Under the pieces are notes generated by a model. The model saw only the letters and a list, made by a program, of their open reading frames with translations. It made no database searches and was not told the DNA's origin. A program made the translations under genes and the position numbers. From Octopus bimaculoides (lineage: Eukaryota), in contig NC_068981.1 in assembly GCF_001194135.2 (NCBI RefSeq), positions 186,362,633 to 186,426,632 on the forward strand: a stretch of DNA of 64,000 bases, written 5' to 3'. This document shows, piece by piece, positions 24,038-37,716 of this stretch (positions are counted from its first letter, which is position 1; each line of letters starts with the position of its first letter).

Positions 24038-25214
24038 CGACCTAGATATTCTTTCGGCAACGACAAATGTATCCCTACTACTGTAACAAAATGGCGGTCT
24101 GATACGCAGAGAACATTAGTAATTCTTAAGAAAAGAAATGAATCTATGACCTAAATTAGTAAAAGCGATAAAGATGTGAGAGGTAAATCATAATTACTTT
24201 ATGCCATTTCTGTTATAATTATTTTAGAGCTTCAAGCTTAATTAAGAAATTGGCAGAGTTCTTTCCGTAGGTGTTATGGATTGGAAGTTTTTTTTTGTGT
24301 TCATTATATCTGCCTTCCTACCTGCAATTATATGGTTATGCAGTTCTACTTCTACAATGCTGATAATACATCTGCAATGAATGTCAAAAGAACAAGTTGC
24401 CCAGATCATTAATTATGATAGGATGATGTTGATACATTCATCCTGGAAAAACTTAACTTTCTTATCTATTCGCTTCTATGATTTTCTTTCACCTCACAAA
24501 ATAAAAAAGAAGAACCCAATGGTCATTAGTGGTTGAGAGACATTTAGCTTTCATTATATATATTGGTTTTACAGCAATATATATATATATATATTCCACT
24601 ATTCCACACCAGAAATCTTTTCAAGGTGATTTAAAATTAACGATTATCAACGTCTCTCATTTTTACTTTCTATTTCTGTCAATTTCATATTCTGTTTCTG
24701 ATCTCTTTTCCTGAATTCCTCTCTACTCTTTCTCTTTCTCTCTCACCCTCTCTCTATATATATAGCTAGCTAACTAACTACCGTTTTTTTCCATCGTTTA
24801 CTATTAAATACACCCATCTATGTGTGCGTGTGTATATATATATATATAATTATTTTCATTAGTGTCTGTCGACCCTCCTCTTTCGTTATTTTTGCTTTTA
24901 CAACTTGCTACACTAGTGTATTTTCTTTATCTTCATAATTGTGTGTGTGTGCATGTCCATGTGTGCATGCCCAAGTGCACATGTGCATCTGTGTGAGTGT
25001 GTGTGAATGCGCACGTGTGTGTGTGTGCCGATGTATGCGTGTGAATGCGTGGGTATGTGTACCTGCCTCTCTAGTACGTGTTCCTCTTAATTTTCATTCC
25101 GTTCTACATTCCTTTGCACATTATTCAAATCCGATCTCCACCACCACCACCACCACCTCCGCCTTTTCGTTCTTTTTCGCCTGTATCAAAACTTCGTTCC
25201 CTCTCCCTACTCAC

Positions 25215-25328
25215 CTTTACTTCAGAATATGACAAGATGATTCAAAGCTGAAATATCTCTTTGTTTCATCGATTTCACACATCGTATGACATTATAAGTT
25301 GGGAAGAATTACGCGTGGAGAAACATAT
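25215..25328 (-). other. Candidate 114-nt internal exon (stops in all three frames, so UTR or lncRNA if real)
   Basis: Minus-strand acceptor TTTTCTTTATATTTGTTTTATACCTACAG| and donor AAG|GTGAGT. Confidence 0.35.
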
Positions 25329-26490
25329 CTGTAGGTATAAAACAAATATAAAGAAAACCGCTAGAAAAGAGTCTGTATACGTTTGTGAGTGCGTGAAATA
25401 TATAAAGAAAGGAAGAATAGACGAAGTAAAGAATGAAGGAATGAGCAAGATTTTATTTTTAATATTTGTTTCAGAAAATGTTAGAATATATCTTGTGTAC
25501 TAGAACGATATGTGTAAATTAGAAATAGTAATACTATATATTTTCTGGATAATACATGGATTAGAATTATCCATATAATCTATAAGGGATTTAGAATGTT
25601 ATTTCGGTATTTTTTGAGTGAAAACTCTTTTCATCCAATTATGTGCATTAAACGAAAGAGAAATGAGATAATCGCCAAAATCGGAATTTCAACAATAGTT
25701 TGTTCCTTTTCCAATCAATTTTTCAACGCATCCGAGCAAATCAAGCAACGCATATTACAATTTATATTTCATAAAGATAGATTTTGCATTAATATTTTCG
25801 TGTCATAGATTTAAATAGATTCTTAGTATATATACATAAAATGGATGTCGTAAGAATTTCTGATACGCCGAATGCGAATTTTGATTTTAGTATGAAGGAC
25901 TTAAAACAGATCACTTATCTCGAGCTAGGTGGCCGACTCCTCAAGCTACATTACTCAAAATCTGGATGCCACTCACTGCGCGACCCTGAGACATTCTGCA
26001 AGCCCAGCTATTTGCCAGAATCCTGAATACACAGCGACTTAATACATATGCCTCATTTGTATGTTCTCCCAAAACAGTATTCGTTCATACATTTCGCTAG
26101 CCTACACCAATTTCTCCATCACTTCCGGCGTATCATCCAATATGTCACAAGTGGTTACCATTTATTTGGGTAACAACATTCATAATTTATCCATACTAGT
26201 CTTTTAGAATGATATATAGCAATGTTTGTTTTATGAACTCCATGTTTCTGTTTTGATTCGTTCTTTGTAAATTGTATCTTACTTTAGATGTGGAATTTCT
26301 CGTTGCACTCCAATCATCGCACAAATCCTATTGACAGTGCACAAGAATTCCGATCTAACCTCGAAACTACCCGAGACGAGAAGGGTACCTTGTGTAATAT
26401 AAAATAGCAAATCAATTTTCAGAACCCTATGTATGACCATTTCACAATTAGAAATTAGCAAGGGAATTCAAATACTAAATAATAATAGAG

Positions 26491-26698
26491 GCTTCAAATT
26501 TTGACACAAGGCATGCAATTTTAAGCGGGAAAGGGCAAGTTGATTACATTGCCACAGTTCTTGACTAATAATTTATTTTCTCAACACTGAAAAGATGAAA
26601 TCCAAAGTCGACCTTGATGGAATTTGACTCATAAAGAGCCGGCAAATACTGCTAAGCCTATTCTCCGACGCGTTTGTGATTCTGCCACTTCGCCACTT
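26491..26698 (-). mobile_element. SINE family B
   Basis: TTCAAATTTTGACACAAGGC tail, AAAAGATGAAATCCAAAGTCGACCTT, head GATTCTGCCACTTCGCCACTT. Confidence 0.8.
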
Positions 26699-26871
26699 AA
26701 CATATATGATGCTAATACGATGATCTCACTGCTGAAAATGTCGGTCAGTAGCAACGACAGAGCAACTAATAACTTACTAGTGGAAGACGCTAACAGGTGT
26801 TAATTCTAATATTAATATTGCTAAAAATATTTGTACTTTCAGAATTTGAAGTCCTAATATTGAGGGCATTT

Positions 26872-27085
26872 GAGGGCGACGGGCTGGCAGAATCGTTAGT
26901 ACGCCGGATAAAATGTTTAGCGGCACTTTGTCCGTCTTTATGTTTTGAGTTCAGATTCCACCGTGGCCGACTTTGTCCTTCATCTCTTTGACGTTGCTAA
27001 AACAGTTACCATTTGAGCACTAGCGTGGATGTAATCAACTTAACCCCTTCCTCGATAGTGCTGGTCTTGTGCTAAAATTTGGAAT
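26872..27085 (+). mobile_element. SINE family B
   Basis: AGGGCGACGGGCTGGCAGAATCGTTAGTACGCCGG head, B box GAGTTCAGATTCC, tail GCTGGTCTTGTGCTAAAATTTG. Confidence 0.85.
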
Positions 27086-27983
27086 CTATTTGAAACTAAT
27101 ATTGGGGGGACTTAAATTCATATATGAAATTCATATACGAAATTGATATATGAAAAATATGGACATGAAATAATATTTAGATCACCCATTTATATACGTT
27201 ACATATAATTTTATTTTATATGTTTATAAATCTGTTTTCCAAGTTTAATGGAGCTTTTCATTCTCTATGATTCCCGATATTTATTTTCTCTCTCGTTCTC
27301 TATGATGCCCAGCATTAATATGCTGTCTGTGCAAAAGACTTAAAGACTATAAAAATATCTCATCAAAATAACACCAAGGGTGTAAAGTGTTTAAACGATC
27401 CATTCCGTTATATATTGCTTTAAAATAGTTAAAATAAAGCATCACCTTCAAAGCTATTTACGATATTTCAGGTTATGAATTAAGCGTGAGAACAGCACCG
27501 TAATGTCTTCTATTAATAAGATATTTTAAGCGTCAAGGTATATACGCATACGCGTGCACACACGAAAACACGCACATGATATGCAGGTAAACGCAGAAAA
27601 CCACAAACGTATATGTATAACGTATATCCAGGAACACACACACATACATAATCACAAAAAGCCATTACATATATATGTACATATATTCATACGTATATAT
27701 ACATTTATACATACATATATACACATATATACATACATATATACGCATATATACATATATATACATGTATATGTATATACACATATATATACATATACAT
27801 TTTATACATGTATATGTATATACACACATATATATACATACATATATTCATACACATATATNNNNNNNNNNNNNNNNNNNNNNNNNNNNNNNNNNNNNNN
27901 NNNNNNNNNNNNNNNNNNNNNNNNNNNNNNNNNNNNNNNNNNNNNNNNNNNNNNNNNNNNNNNNNNNNNNNNNNNNNNNNNNN

Positions 27984-28015
<32 letters not shown>

Positions 28016-29632
28016 TGTGTTGATTATATGACGTGAAAGCAGTGAACCAGGGAACTGATGAGGAGGCGGGGAATATCACGGTTTTGGTTTTAAATCTTCT
28101 AAACAGATTACCAAAAACAACATCCACAAGAATGAAATATATAATATCAAAATTATTTCTACTATTATCGAAGTTTGATGATGTTGATGATATCCTAGTA
28201 TATGTGTCTATACAAGATATATGATGTCGTGATGTGTATAGTATATTACATGATTGTCATTCTAATGATTGTATGCCTGAGCCGCTAGTGATATTCTCTT
28301 AATTTCATTGCAAGTAGTTCGGCTGATTTCACAGAGGCTTGTAGGCTCTACTAGCTTTCAAAGTAACATTGTATATGCTATGTGTCGAATAAAGGAATTC
28401 AAACCAACAAGGTACAACATAATACCATATTACAACCCTTTAATCGAACTATAACATATCCATGGTCGACTAGTCAGCTACAATATTTAGTATATTAAAG
28501 GAATCCTTAATGTAATTATATTTGCGACAGCTTCACGCTAAATCAAACATACATTTTACCTTTTTTTATGATCGGTATCAAAGTTGGGTTGTTTTATTAC
28601 TTTCCCGTCCTTTATTTCCACCCCGCCCCCAAACGATGCATTTTTATGATACTGGAACTATTTCAGTTGGACATTTTCTTGATTATTGGTTTCATATAAT
28701 TCCCAAGCATCGTCCTAATTGTACATCACACTGAATCAATGAGTCTTCTAGTGATCACTGAAAACCTTGACTGTTGCAGTTTGTAAAGAAAATTTCGAAA
28801 TGCATAGCAATAATTTCAAAGCATAGTGATCAATAAACCGGTATTCAAATAACATCCTAGAAAAAAAAAAGAGACAAGACATACAGTTTGATTAATGCTT
28901 TTATTTTTTTCCTCCTCTGTGCTTGCGTCTCTATTTTTTAATAATATTATTGATCGACAACTGTAGCGTAGTTTCTGCTGCTGTGCTAAATAAACTTTCA
29001 GAAGGTGACTAGAAAACAAGTGATGACTATTAATTAAGCGAGTAGCCAGCTTTTGAAGAGCATTTCAGACACAACGTTTATTTTTCAGTGAAATGACGCT
29101 TTCATTACGCGACATAATGTTCAATTTATACCAATCACGTATGATAACCACCCTATCACTATGATAACAACTACCATGTCAGCATCAAAAATCATTAAAC
29201 ATATTTTGTTACTTTAATTTCAGTACAACGTAAATAATTGTCAACTTTTAATTTTAGTCAATAGTTATCAAAGTTTTTAATCATAAAAATCCAATAATGC
29301 TGCCAGTGGCTAGTTCGATGAGCTGACGGAATGAAACAAAAAAAAAGTGTCTCAAAAATGTTTTCTTGTCTCGAAATGTGCTACCAACCTTGTTAGTAAC
29401 TTTGATAATGTTTCGATCCTTGATTGCTAGATATCACTCTCATTTACAGTCCTAAAATCCTTTATGAACTGCGAATATCACACTTTATATTCCTGATTCT
29501 TATTAAAGGCATTTTCGTACCTATTCCAAAAACAATCATGATTCATCTAATTTTTCCCATATTTTGATGGAGAGCCACAGCAGAATTAATACTGCATAAA
29601 GTGTTCAGAATATTATCATTATTAGTCAGTAG

Positions 29633-29886
29633 TCTTCTTCTTCTTCTTCTTCTTCTTCTTCTTCTTCTTCTTCTTCTTCTTCTTCTTCTTCTTCTTCTNN
29701 NNNNNNNNTCTTCTTCTTCTTCTTCTTCTTCTTCTTCTTCTTCTTCTTCTTCTTCTTCTTCTTCTTCTTCTTCTTCTCATTATTATTATTATTCAGTAGT
29801 TTTTTATTCTTATAGCGTGCTTTCACTTCACTACCGAGCGCACCTCTGTGTGCCTTAGGTATGTGCTGTGGTTTGCTGTGATGCAC

Positions 29887-29951
<65 letters not shown>

Positions 29952-29952
29952 T
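29633..29952. repeat. (TTC)n (gap 29699-29708) and (TTA)n microsatellites
   Basis: Directly visible; source of the poly-L/S/K/E ORFs. Confidence 0.97.
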
Positions 29953-31093
29953 ATTCCTGGTGCCAGTCATTGGACTATAGCTATGGTGGGGCACAGCCCC
30001 CTACATCAACTACAGAGTAAGTTTAGTTTCTTCGACGTGCCAAGAAAAGCGAGAGAAATGCGCCTGTTTTCACATTTGGGAGTGTTGGCAAAAACAACAA
30101 AGCGTTATTTTGTTACTCTACTGATTCTCAAATTTACACGACATGTAGTTAAAGAGGCAGCTAAAATTTGACACACTTTGTCATATAGAAGAAAAGGACG
30201 TCTGCATTAATTTTATAGACCCTAGTATATGGCAGGATTGATCGTGATCAATTCCCTTTGTCTGAAAATTCGCGTCTGCAGTAAAATATATATAACTTCT
30301 GAAAGAAGGTTATTCATCTGTTGGAATGATAGGATAAAACATCATGCAGGTTCTCTTAGGTAAGAGAAAATGAAAGTAGAAGTAGAGGATTTTTCATAAA
30401 TATGGCGTAACGTTTTGCGAATATTCACAGGAGAAGTGGTTGATATATATGCATTAGATGAGTCGGTGAATACAACGAGTATATGGGAGCTCATACCTGA
30501 AGCCTTGTTGAACATCTAAATTTAGTTATAGTTCATGATATTTGTGCGAGTAAGCAGCGGCATGTCCTCATCAAATATTTGGGTAGTATTCGAATGTGGA
30601 TAACCTGTTTGCTTCACGGAAAGTTTTGATACCATATTAAAATAAATGTGTTAATGACGTTAACGGTCTTTGTGCGTTTCTGTATGGCTAACTTGTGTCT
30701 TTCACGCTGCAGCCGCATATTTATTAGTTTTATCGGCCTTAGATGAAAGACACTCTTGTCTACATATAGAGATACCGAAAAATAGCACAATATATTTGTG
30801 TATGATGCTTTACTGATTATTGCATCTGCCCGTCAGACAGTTAGTACGTTGTTAAATTAGATAAACATTATATGCTAGACAGAAAGAAGAAACTATAAAT
30901 ACTTTTGTTTTCTTTACTTTGAAGTTGGATAAATTAATTGTTGTTTACGTAGACTAAATATTTGAATCCTAATTACTGTAATTAAACTAATTTTCTATAT
31001 ATTCAAATGTTCAAATGATGCTAGATATAAAGACGACTTGTAACCTTTATACCTAGCATCATCTATACATACATGCCTATATTTATATATGTA

Positions 31094-31460
31094 CTGGGTG
31101 TTTGGGAAAAATGTGACAGTTTGCATGCAAGGGAAATAAAACACAATATACCCTCCAAAAATGAAAGTATTTTAAGGATACAAAAAATATCTACGAGATT
31201 ATGGCTGGGAGATAACAGTTAACACAAAGTAAATTATTAGCTTCCACCACGATCTCAAAACAGCTCTGGGACCTGGAAAGATGTTCAAACACCCCTTAAT
31301 CTTGGTTACCAGCTCAGCTTTGGTGAAGCAGGCAGAACGGTTGGTGTCATTCCCTTACAGCTTTTCCTGGGATATCCCCGAGTATGGGTTATTCCGTCAT
31401 CAGAGCACTTACCTAGTGTACCTAATCGTTTAGATCACCTGTGAACTAAAACCCCATACG
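31094..31460 (-). mobile_element. Tc1/mariner 3' fragment (internally deleted)
   Basis: TA followed by CTGGGTGTTTGGGAAAAATGTGACAG (TIR-like). The minus strand reads TNRSACFTKAELVTKIKGVFEHL...FEIVVEA, like DD37D-type C-termini (ETN...K..L...I......L.....R.EAVVEA). The other TIR was not found. Confidence 0.6.
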
Positions 31461-31490
31461 TTGTTTATATATATATATATATATATATAT

Positions 31491-31529
<39 letters not shown>

Positions 31530-31530
31530 C

Positions 31531-31686
31531 ACTCTTCTTTTAGTTTCCATTTACCAAATCCACTCACAAGGCCCTTGTCGACCCGAAGCTATAGTAGAAG
31601 ACACTTATACAAGGTACCACACCTTGGAATTGAACCCGGGACTAGGTGGTTGGGAACTAAGCTTCTTACCACACATCCATGCCATA
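31531..31686 (-). mobile_element. SINE family A, 5' half
   Basis: TAGTTTCCATTTACCAAATCCACTCACAAGGC...GCTATAGTAGAAGACACTT...TTCTTACCACACA. Confidence 0.9.
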
Positions 31687-33906
31687 TTCTTCCGCTTTAG
31701 CAAACTCATGTCAACATGGTTAATAAACTTCTGTTTTATCTAAGGATATTTTAAGTGCTTCATAAATATACTAAAATTGTTTAATGCATTTTATGTAGTT
31801 TGTTTTGGTATGACACTATTTTGTCACGTTTATCTCCTCTTTCTTTCTTAATATTTTTTTTTACCTTACCGTTCTCATTATTTACACGATGTCTGCAGTA
31901 ATGAGAGCAGATTTTGAATATTTTTCTTTAATGTCTGTAGACATCATGAAGAGATACAACTCTGAATAAACATTTAAAAATGTTAAAACATTTTCATGCA
32001 TTAGAATCACGTAATCGGTAAACAAGAAAATATTTCTAACGACTAGATGCTTTTATGGGTCGCCAAAACTGTTAGCGTTTTTTTAACATTATATGTAATT
32101 AGTATGAACTAAGATAAACATTGAAAAAAATTTCCATTATATGTAAAATATTGTTTTCAATATAGTTTTATGTATAAAACAGATTTTTTTCCTACTTTTC
32201 TCTCCTGCCTTTGAAACAATACTTTAAAAAATTATTCTGGCAATTCAATAAAAGCTAATATAGTTAATGCATAATTATTATTGAATATTTTCCTCATATC
32301 AATTAATACGTGATTGAAAAATGATAAGAATGATCTTGATTATTAGAATAACGATTATGGTAGTGATAAAGGCAGTAACTTAAATCAATATTGATATCAC
32401 TCACCGAAATGGTTTTATCTATTGATCAGCAATTTAAATTAATAAAGAAAATGAATATCGATAGTTGAATTTCGAAATCTGTTGGACTAATTCATCAATT
32501 TCAAATTTTCATCAACTGATAAGGAAAGCCCCATTTATATGCAATGTAACTTAATGGCAATTAACTACTTTATTTAGCAGAGAATCATAACGGTAAAATG
32601 AAGTCCATGTTCTTTATAGCCGAATCAATTATAAATGATCGCTTATGAAGTAAGTTAGTTGACTAATTTTTTAACAATATACGTGTGATTATTTACACAT
32701 AAAACATGTGTGCATTGAAATATTTTAGCATACAAACATTATTCATGTGAGTGATTATTGCAACAGTTCTGAATCCTTTTGATTTCATGACGCACTAAAA
32801 ATGAATTGATAATAGGTTGGTGTACCAGGCGTTTCAAATGTTTAAAAAAAACTATGTCATCAAGTTAAAAAGTTGGATGGTGAAACAAATCTGTATCTTA
32901 ATCAAACTTGTATGATTTATAAAACAAAATCTTATTTATATAAAAAAATATAAATATCATGCGTTTTAAAAGTGCCAGGTGTTATTGTGGATTTTCTAAA
33001 GATTTCATTTATACGTCGTTCCAAACCTGCAGGGTACCGTTTGAATACAGCTGGTATATTGTATAAACATAGATATTCATATATACCTGAGTAAATTGTG
33101 AAGAAGATATCACGAGAAATACGCGTAACAAAAGTTATTCCCAGTTCAATCGTTATAAAATTTGTTCTATCTTACAGTTCAAGTATTTAGAGATAAACTT
33201 CAAGCTATTCTTCATACTTCCATCTTGTCTGTGTCCTTTCATGTTTACATATCAACACATTTAATGGCACATGTCTACCAGACACTAAATATATTCTTTG
33301 AGTGAGGCTGCCAAAGTCTTAAAGACAGCTTATATAAGCAAAAGAATAATTTAACTGTTTATCTGCTGAGCAAAGAATATCGATAATATTATCTTTGCTG
33401 AAAATGTATTGAACAGGTAATTGATTCCACTCTCATGTGAACAAAGACAAATTTTGATACGTGGCTTGGCGATGTATCGATAACAAAGTAACTTAGCATT
33501 GAATTCTTACAACAAATAATGTAATGTTTAATTTCAGACAAGATTAAGTAACGTTATCTTAAAGTCTAACATATTAATTCTGGTTGGTTTATGTAGTTAT
33601 ATGACATTTGAACTTTCATCTGGGCAACTGTCGCACATTTACTTCTTGAACTGCATAAACCCAAGCGGAAAATATCAGTCAAACTACAGAGAAAGGCAAA
33701 TAATTCACTTGTTGGGTAAGCAAAGGCTTCAGGTATTTTCTGACGAAGCACATATATCAATATATTAAAGGTGATCTAAACGATTAGTTACACTAAGTAA
33801 ATGCTGTAACGGATTACTAGGGCTCCAAGGTTATAGCCGAGACGGTAGTTATGGAGACATTGCAGATTTCCGATGCAGCAGATACATATATAAATATTTT
33901 TTTTAT

Positions 33907-34170
33907 GCGCTCTTTTAAAGCCTAACCAGGCTCATGGGCCCGGTTTCCCGGTTTCTATGGCGTATATGTTCCCCACCAGGGAGAAAGAGTGAGAGAAAGT
34001 TGAGGCGAAAGAGTACAACACGGGTTTCCACCACCCCTTGCCGGAGCCTCGTGGAGCTTTAGGTGTTTTCGTTCAATAAACACACACATAAACACCCGGT
34101 CTGGGAATCGAAACCGCGATCCTCCGAACGCGAGTCCGCTGCCTTAACCACTGGGCCATTGCGCCTCCAC
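33907..34170 (-). mobile_element. tRNA-derived SINE (family C-type head) with AGAAACCGGGAAACCGGGCCCATGAGCC tail
   Basis: Minus-strand head GTGGAGGCGCAATGGCCCAGTGGTTAAGG, B box GGTTTCGATTCCC; the tail is shared with the 59663-59850 copy but the middle differs. Confidence 0.88.
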
Positions 34171-34173
34171 ACA

Positions 34174-34233
<60 letters not shown>

Positions 34234-36191
34234 TATATATATATATATATATATATCATCGTCATTAGAGATAAATGGTGTTATTTTAAAAGGTTAATTG
34301 AAGTCTATAACTTAGGAAATATGAATAAACCTACAGGGACAGAAGCTACGTGGAAAACCGTATTGATAACTTGAGTTGTTGAAACAATTTTCACTTTCAA
34401 AGAGGTTGTGCATATGGTAGGCACGAAATGTAGGATTGGTTCAAATTTGTATATGTTTATGGAACATATCACCATGGTGAAAAAGTTTAAAATGGACATT
34501 TTAAAATACAAATTTTATTTACGTGACTAATAATTTTATCTTATAAAAATTCCGAAATCTTATCCCATTCTTTCTAAGTTCATGAATATCACAAGAGGGG
34601 TCGGAAAAGTGTGTATTAAATTTTTCCATTTATGATTTCTTCTCAGTCTGTCTGATTATTTGTCGATAGTAGAGGAAATAGAGTCCATAGTTTTATAAGA
34701 AAATGCAATTTCAAACATTTTGCCATGATTTTTGTAGTTTAAAAGTAGTGCATTTTAGGTCCGTATTCTATGTCGTTGCTATTAATGCAATTTGTTTTTC
34801 ACGTAACAGTTAACATTCTATAATTTCATTTCAAATGAATTCAAACATTATAAAGAAGTAGTGCATAAACAAACATCTCCATTCCTTTGTTAGTTGACTT
34901 CAGCAAAGATTTTTATTTCAAAAGCTGATTTTTGTTTTCTTTTTTTTTTTTTTTGTCTTTTTGTACCAACCGCTTTAATACTGATTCTTAAAATGCCTTC
35001 AAAAATAATTACAGAAAATTGAAATTTGATTTTGCAAATATTTCCATTTCTTTTATAATTTTCCGTTTATTGAAGAAATGGTTTTCGCCTTAACAAAATG
35101 TCATCTAACCACGTGCATTTACGTCATATCACCTTAGGAGGGTTTGTCATAAAAGCTACAGGAAGCATGATTGAACCGTCACTGCAATAACTAAAGCAAT
35201 AAGTACGTTATCAATAGAACGATAACAACGTAGAAATTCATATTAAAACTACGACTGCTTTTATTCTTTTATAATTTAAATGTTTTTCTAAACAACTTTT
35301 TATTGAATTCAAACTTGCTTCTTCAGAAGGTTTTTGGCTTTTTTTCTTTGGTTTTCTTTTTTTCATTGTTTATTGGGCATTGAATTTTAATAATACTAGC
35401 TTGGAGCAGAGCATGGCAGGAACCATAAAATACAGTTTCGAAATATTTTGGCATATTTCCTACTTTCTCTTTTCAGTCTGAATTTACACGTCACAACAAT
35501 TTACTTTTATTTCCTTCCAGTGATGTCGAAAAATACAATTAAAAAAATGGAATATCTGTACTATAGTACGTCAAGTAAATTTCAAATTGATTTCTCTTTA
35601 TAGATGAGCTGCATTTAATCAAAGCTACAAATTAGTCTGGCTATACAGCAATACGCCAAGCGATAAGCCAGCCGCATTTTGAATAAACTAAAGATTACAC
35701 CGTCGTAGCTTCATTCTGTCAGGTTCGATAAAATAAAGTACCAATCACCTAAAATTGTCGAGGGTATCGATTAACCTTTTCCACAAAAATCTAGTCTCGT
35801 ACACATACTAAAAACAATATGTTTTCTTCTAAGAGGGCGAATTGCCAAACTAATTAGAGTACTGAACGGAATGTATTGTAGTTTATTTTCAAATCTCCCC
35901 GTGGGCAAATCTGTGTTTCTTCTTTTTGAGATCGATATAAAAATATTATCAATCCACAACGGTGACATGGTGGAACTGTTTGACGAGCTGTTGGCCCGTT
36001 ATAACAGTGGTGCCTCAACTACATCGGTCCAAGTGTGCGGCCTATTCCTTGTACAAGTTTCAGCGTCGGTGAAAAGATATTTGTATGCATGGGCATCTGA
36101 CAATCCTATTCAGTCCCGCATACACATGTGCATATGAATAGGAATGAGAGATAGATGTCTTGTGTGGGGGGGGGGGCGTGTGTGTGTGTGC

Positions 36192-36434
36192 GAAGGCGCG
36201 TGGCCTAGTGGTCGCTGGATCGTGGGCTCGATTCCCGAACCGAACGGCGCGTTGTATTCTTGAGCAAAACATTTCCTCTCAAGTTGCTCCATTCTTCCTT
36301 TTGATCAGTGGGGAATGTTGGCTTGCTCACCTAGTCAGCGGGTGGCGTCATTCCTTGGCTAAAGCAATGCAAAACACATTCTAACCAGCAATGTGTAATA
36401 ACAGCTGATAATCTGGTCGGTCACGTGATCACAT
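36192..36434 (+). mobile_element. SINE family C-type head with a third tail type
   Basis: GAAGGCGCGTGGCCTAGTGG...GGCTCGATTCCC...TTGTATTCTTGAGCAAAACATTTC...GTTGCTCC; ends CTGGTCGGTCACGTGATCAC. Confidence 0.8.
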
Positions 36435-36623
36435 GCTATATGTATATATATAATAGTATATATATATTTGTAACTTGCTTGGGGTCTCTTGGTTTATAGC
36501 TGTTTAGTTGTAAATATTATAACATGCATTGATATTTTATGATTGCCTTTATAGAGGTAATACCTGTTTAAAGATTTCTAGTTTATGGATGTTATGTTAT
36601 ATCTATACTATATACGCACATAC

Positions 36624-36624
<1 letters not shown>

Positions 36625-36720
<96 letters not shown>
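36625..36720. repeat. (GT)n microsatellite
   Basis: About 48 units. Confidence 0.98.
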
Positions 36721-36721
<1 letters not shown>

Positions 36722-37499
36722 TGTGTCTGAATGCAATCACAAAAGATGTATGAAATAGTATATGATATTGGTATCCAGCAAGCGCTAATTGCAGCAAGGC
36801 GTCAACTTGGGGATGTTGATCTAACTATCATATTTCTGATGGATCACTTTAACTTCGTACTCTGTATAATGCAATGTTGTGATGTTGGATAATATTCAGT
36901 AAGTTAGCAATGAAGAGAATAATTCAGCAAATCTCTTGATCATAGGGGAGTGAGTGTGTAGTATTTGTTTCTTAGTGATTGATATCCTAGAAAATATCTT
37001 CATCGGAATCAAATTTTATCACATCACGCTAAGTTTCTAAAGATTTGTTTGCTGAACAAGAATATTTCCATTGATCTCTTAATGGTCATTTCACTTTGAA
37101 CACTTGTTTAATGAGGTGTTTCGTTTGATTCTTTTCAAGTTTTTGCCATTCTGACGTTTAATTTCGCATCGCGTTGTCAGAACTTTTGTTAGTTTATCAA
37201 CCAAATGCTGGAATGTACTAGCTTCAGTTTAGTTTAAATCTGAAAAGTGACGTTTGTAGAGACGAGCTGTTTCTTATTTTCAATCAATGAAAGCTTTATG
37301 TATCTACAACATGAAGTTAACTTTTTTCCGTATTTCTTTTAGAGAACGATGAAAGTGAATGCAAACTTATAATATCGAGATAATTTTTGTAGAGGAAATT
37401 ATATTAGCAATATAGTTGATTCAATTTAATACAGTGATAGTGATATTTTATTCCCACTGGAAAGATCGAAAGAAATTACGACCGTACAATATGGACTCA

Positions 37500-37610
37500 T
37501 GCATGTGTATGTGGTTAAGAATATCGTTTCTCAATCAGCTAGTTTCGGGTTCGAAACCGATACAATTTCATTGGGCAAGTGAATATTATTATAACACCAT
37601 TTTACCCACA
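37500..37610 (+). mobile_element. SINE family A head, diverged
   Basis: GTGGTTAAG...TTTCGGGTTCGAAACC...TTGGGCAAGTG. Confidence 0.55.
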
Positions 37611-37680
37611 GTTGTACAGCACGAGACGGCACGTAGGTTTTATAAATGTTGTATTCGTTTAACACCTAAAAAGAAGTCAG

Positions 37681-37716
37681 TCTTGACGTTTCGGATGCCG
37701 GTCCTTTATCAGAAAA
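37681..37716 (-). ncRNA. Minimal type I hammerhead motif (G8A variant, probably inactive)
   Basis: Minus strand: TTTT-CTGATAA-A-GGA-CCGGCA-TCC-GAAA-CGTC-AAGA. Stem I is TTTT/AAGA, stem II is GGA/TCC, and stem III is the palindrome ACGT with a GUC site. Confidence 0.55.

Noticed and set aside
25980-26160. Minus-strand YSGFWQI resembling the Gypsy RT motif SGFWQI
   Set aside because: A single short motif; the neighbouring RT motifs (TPFG, YLDD) are absent.
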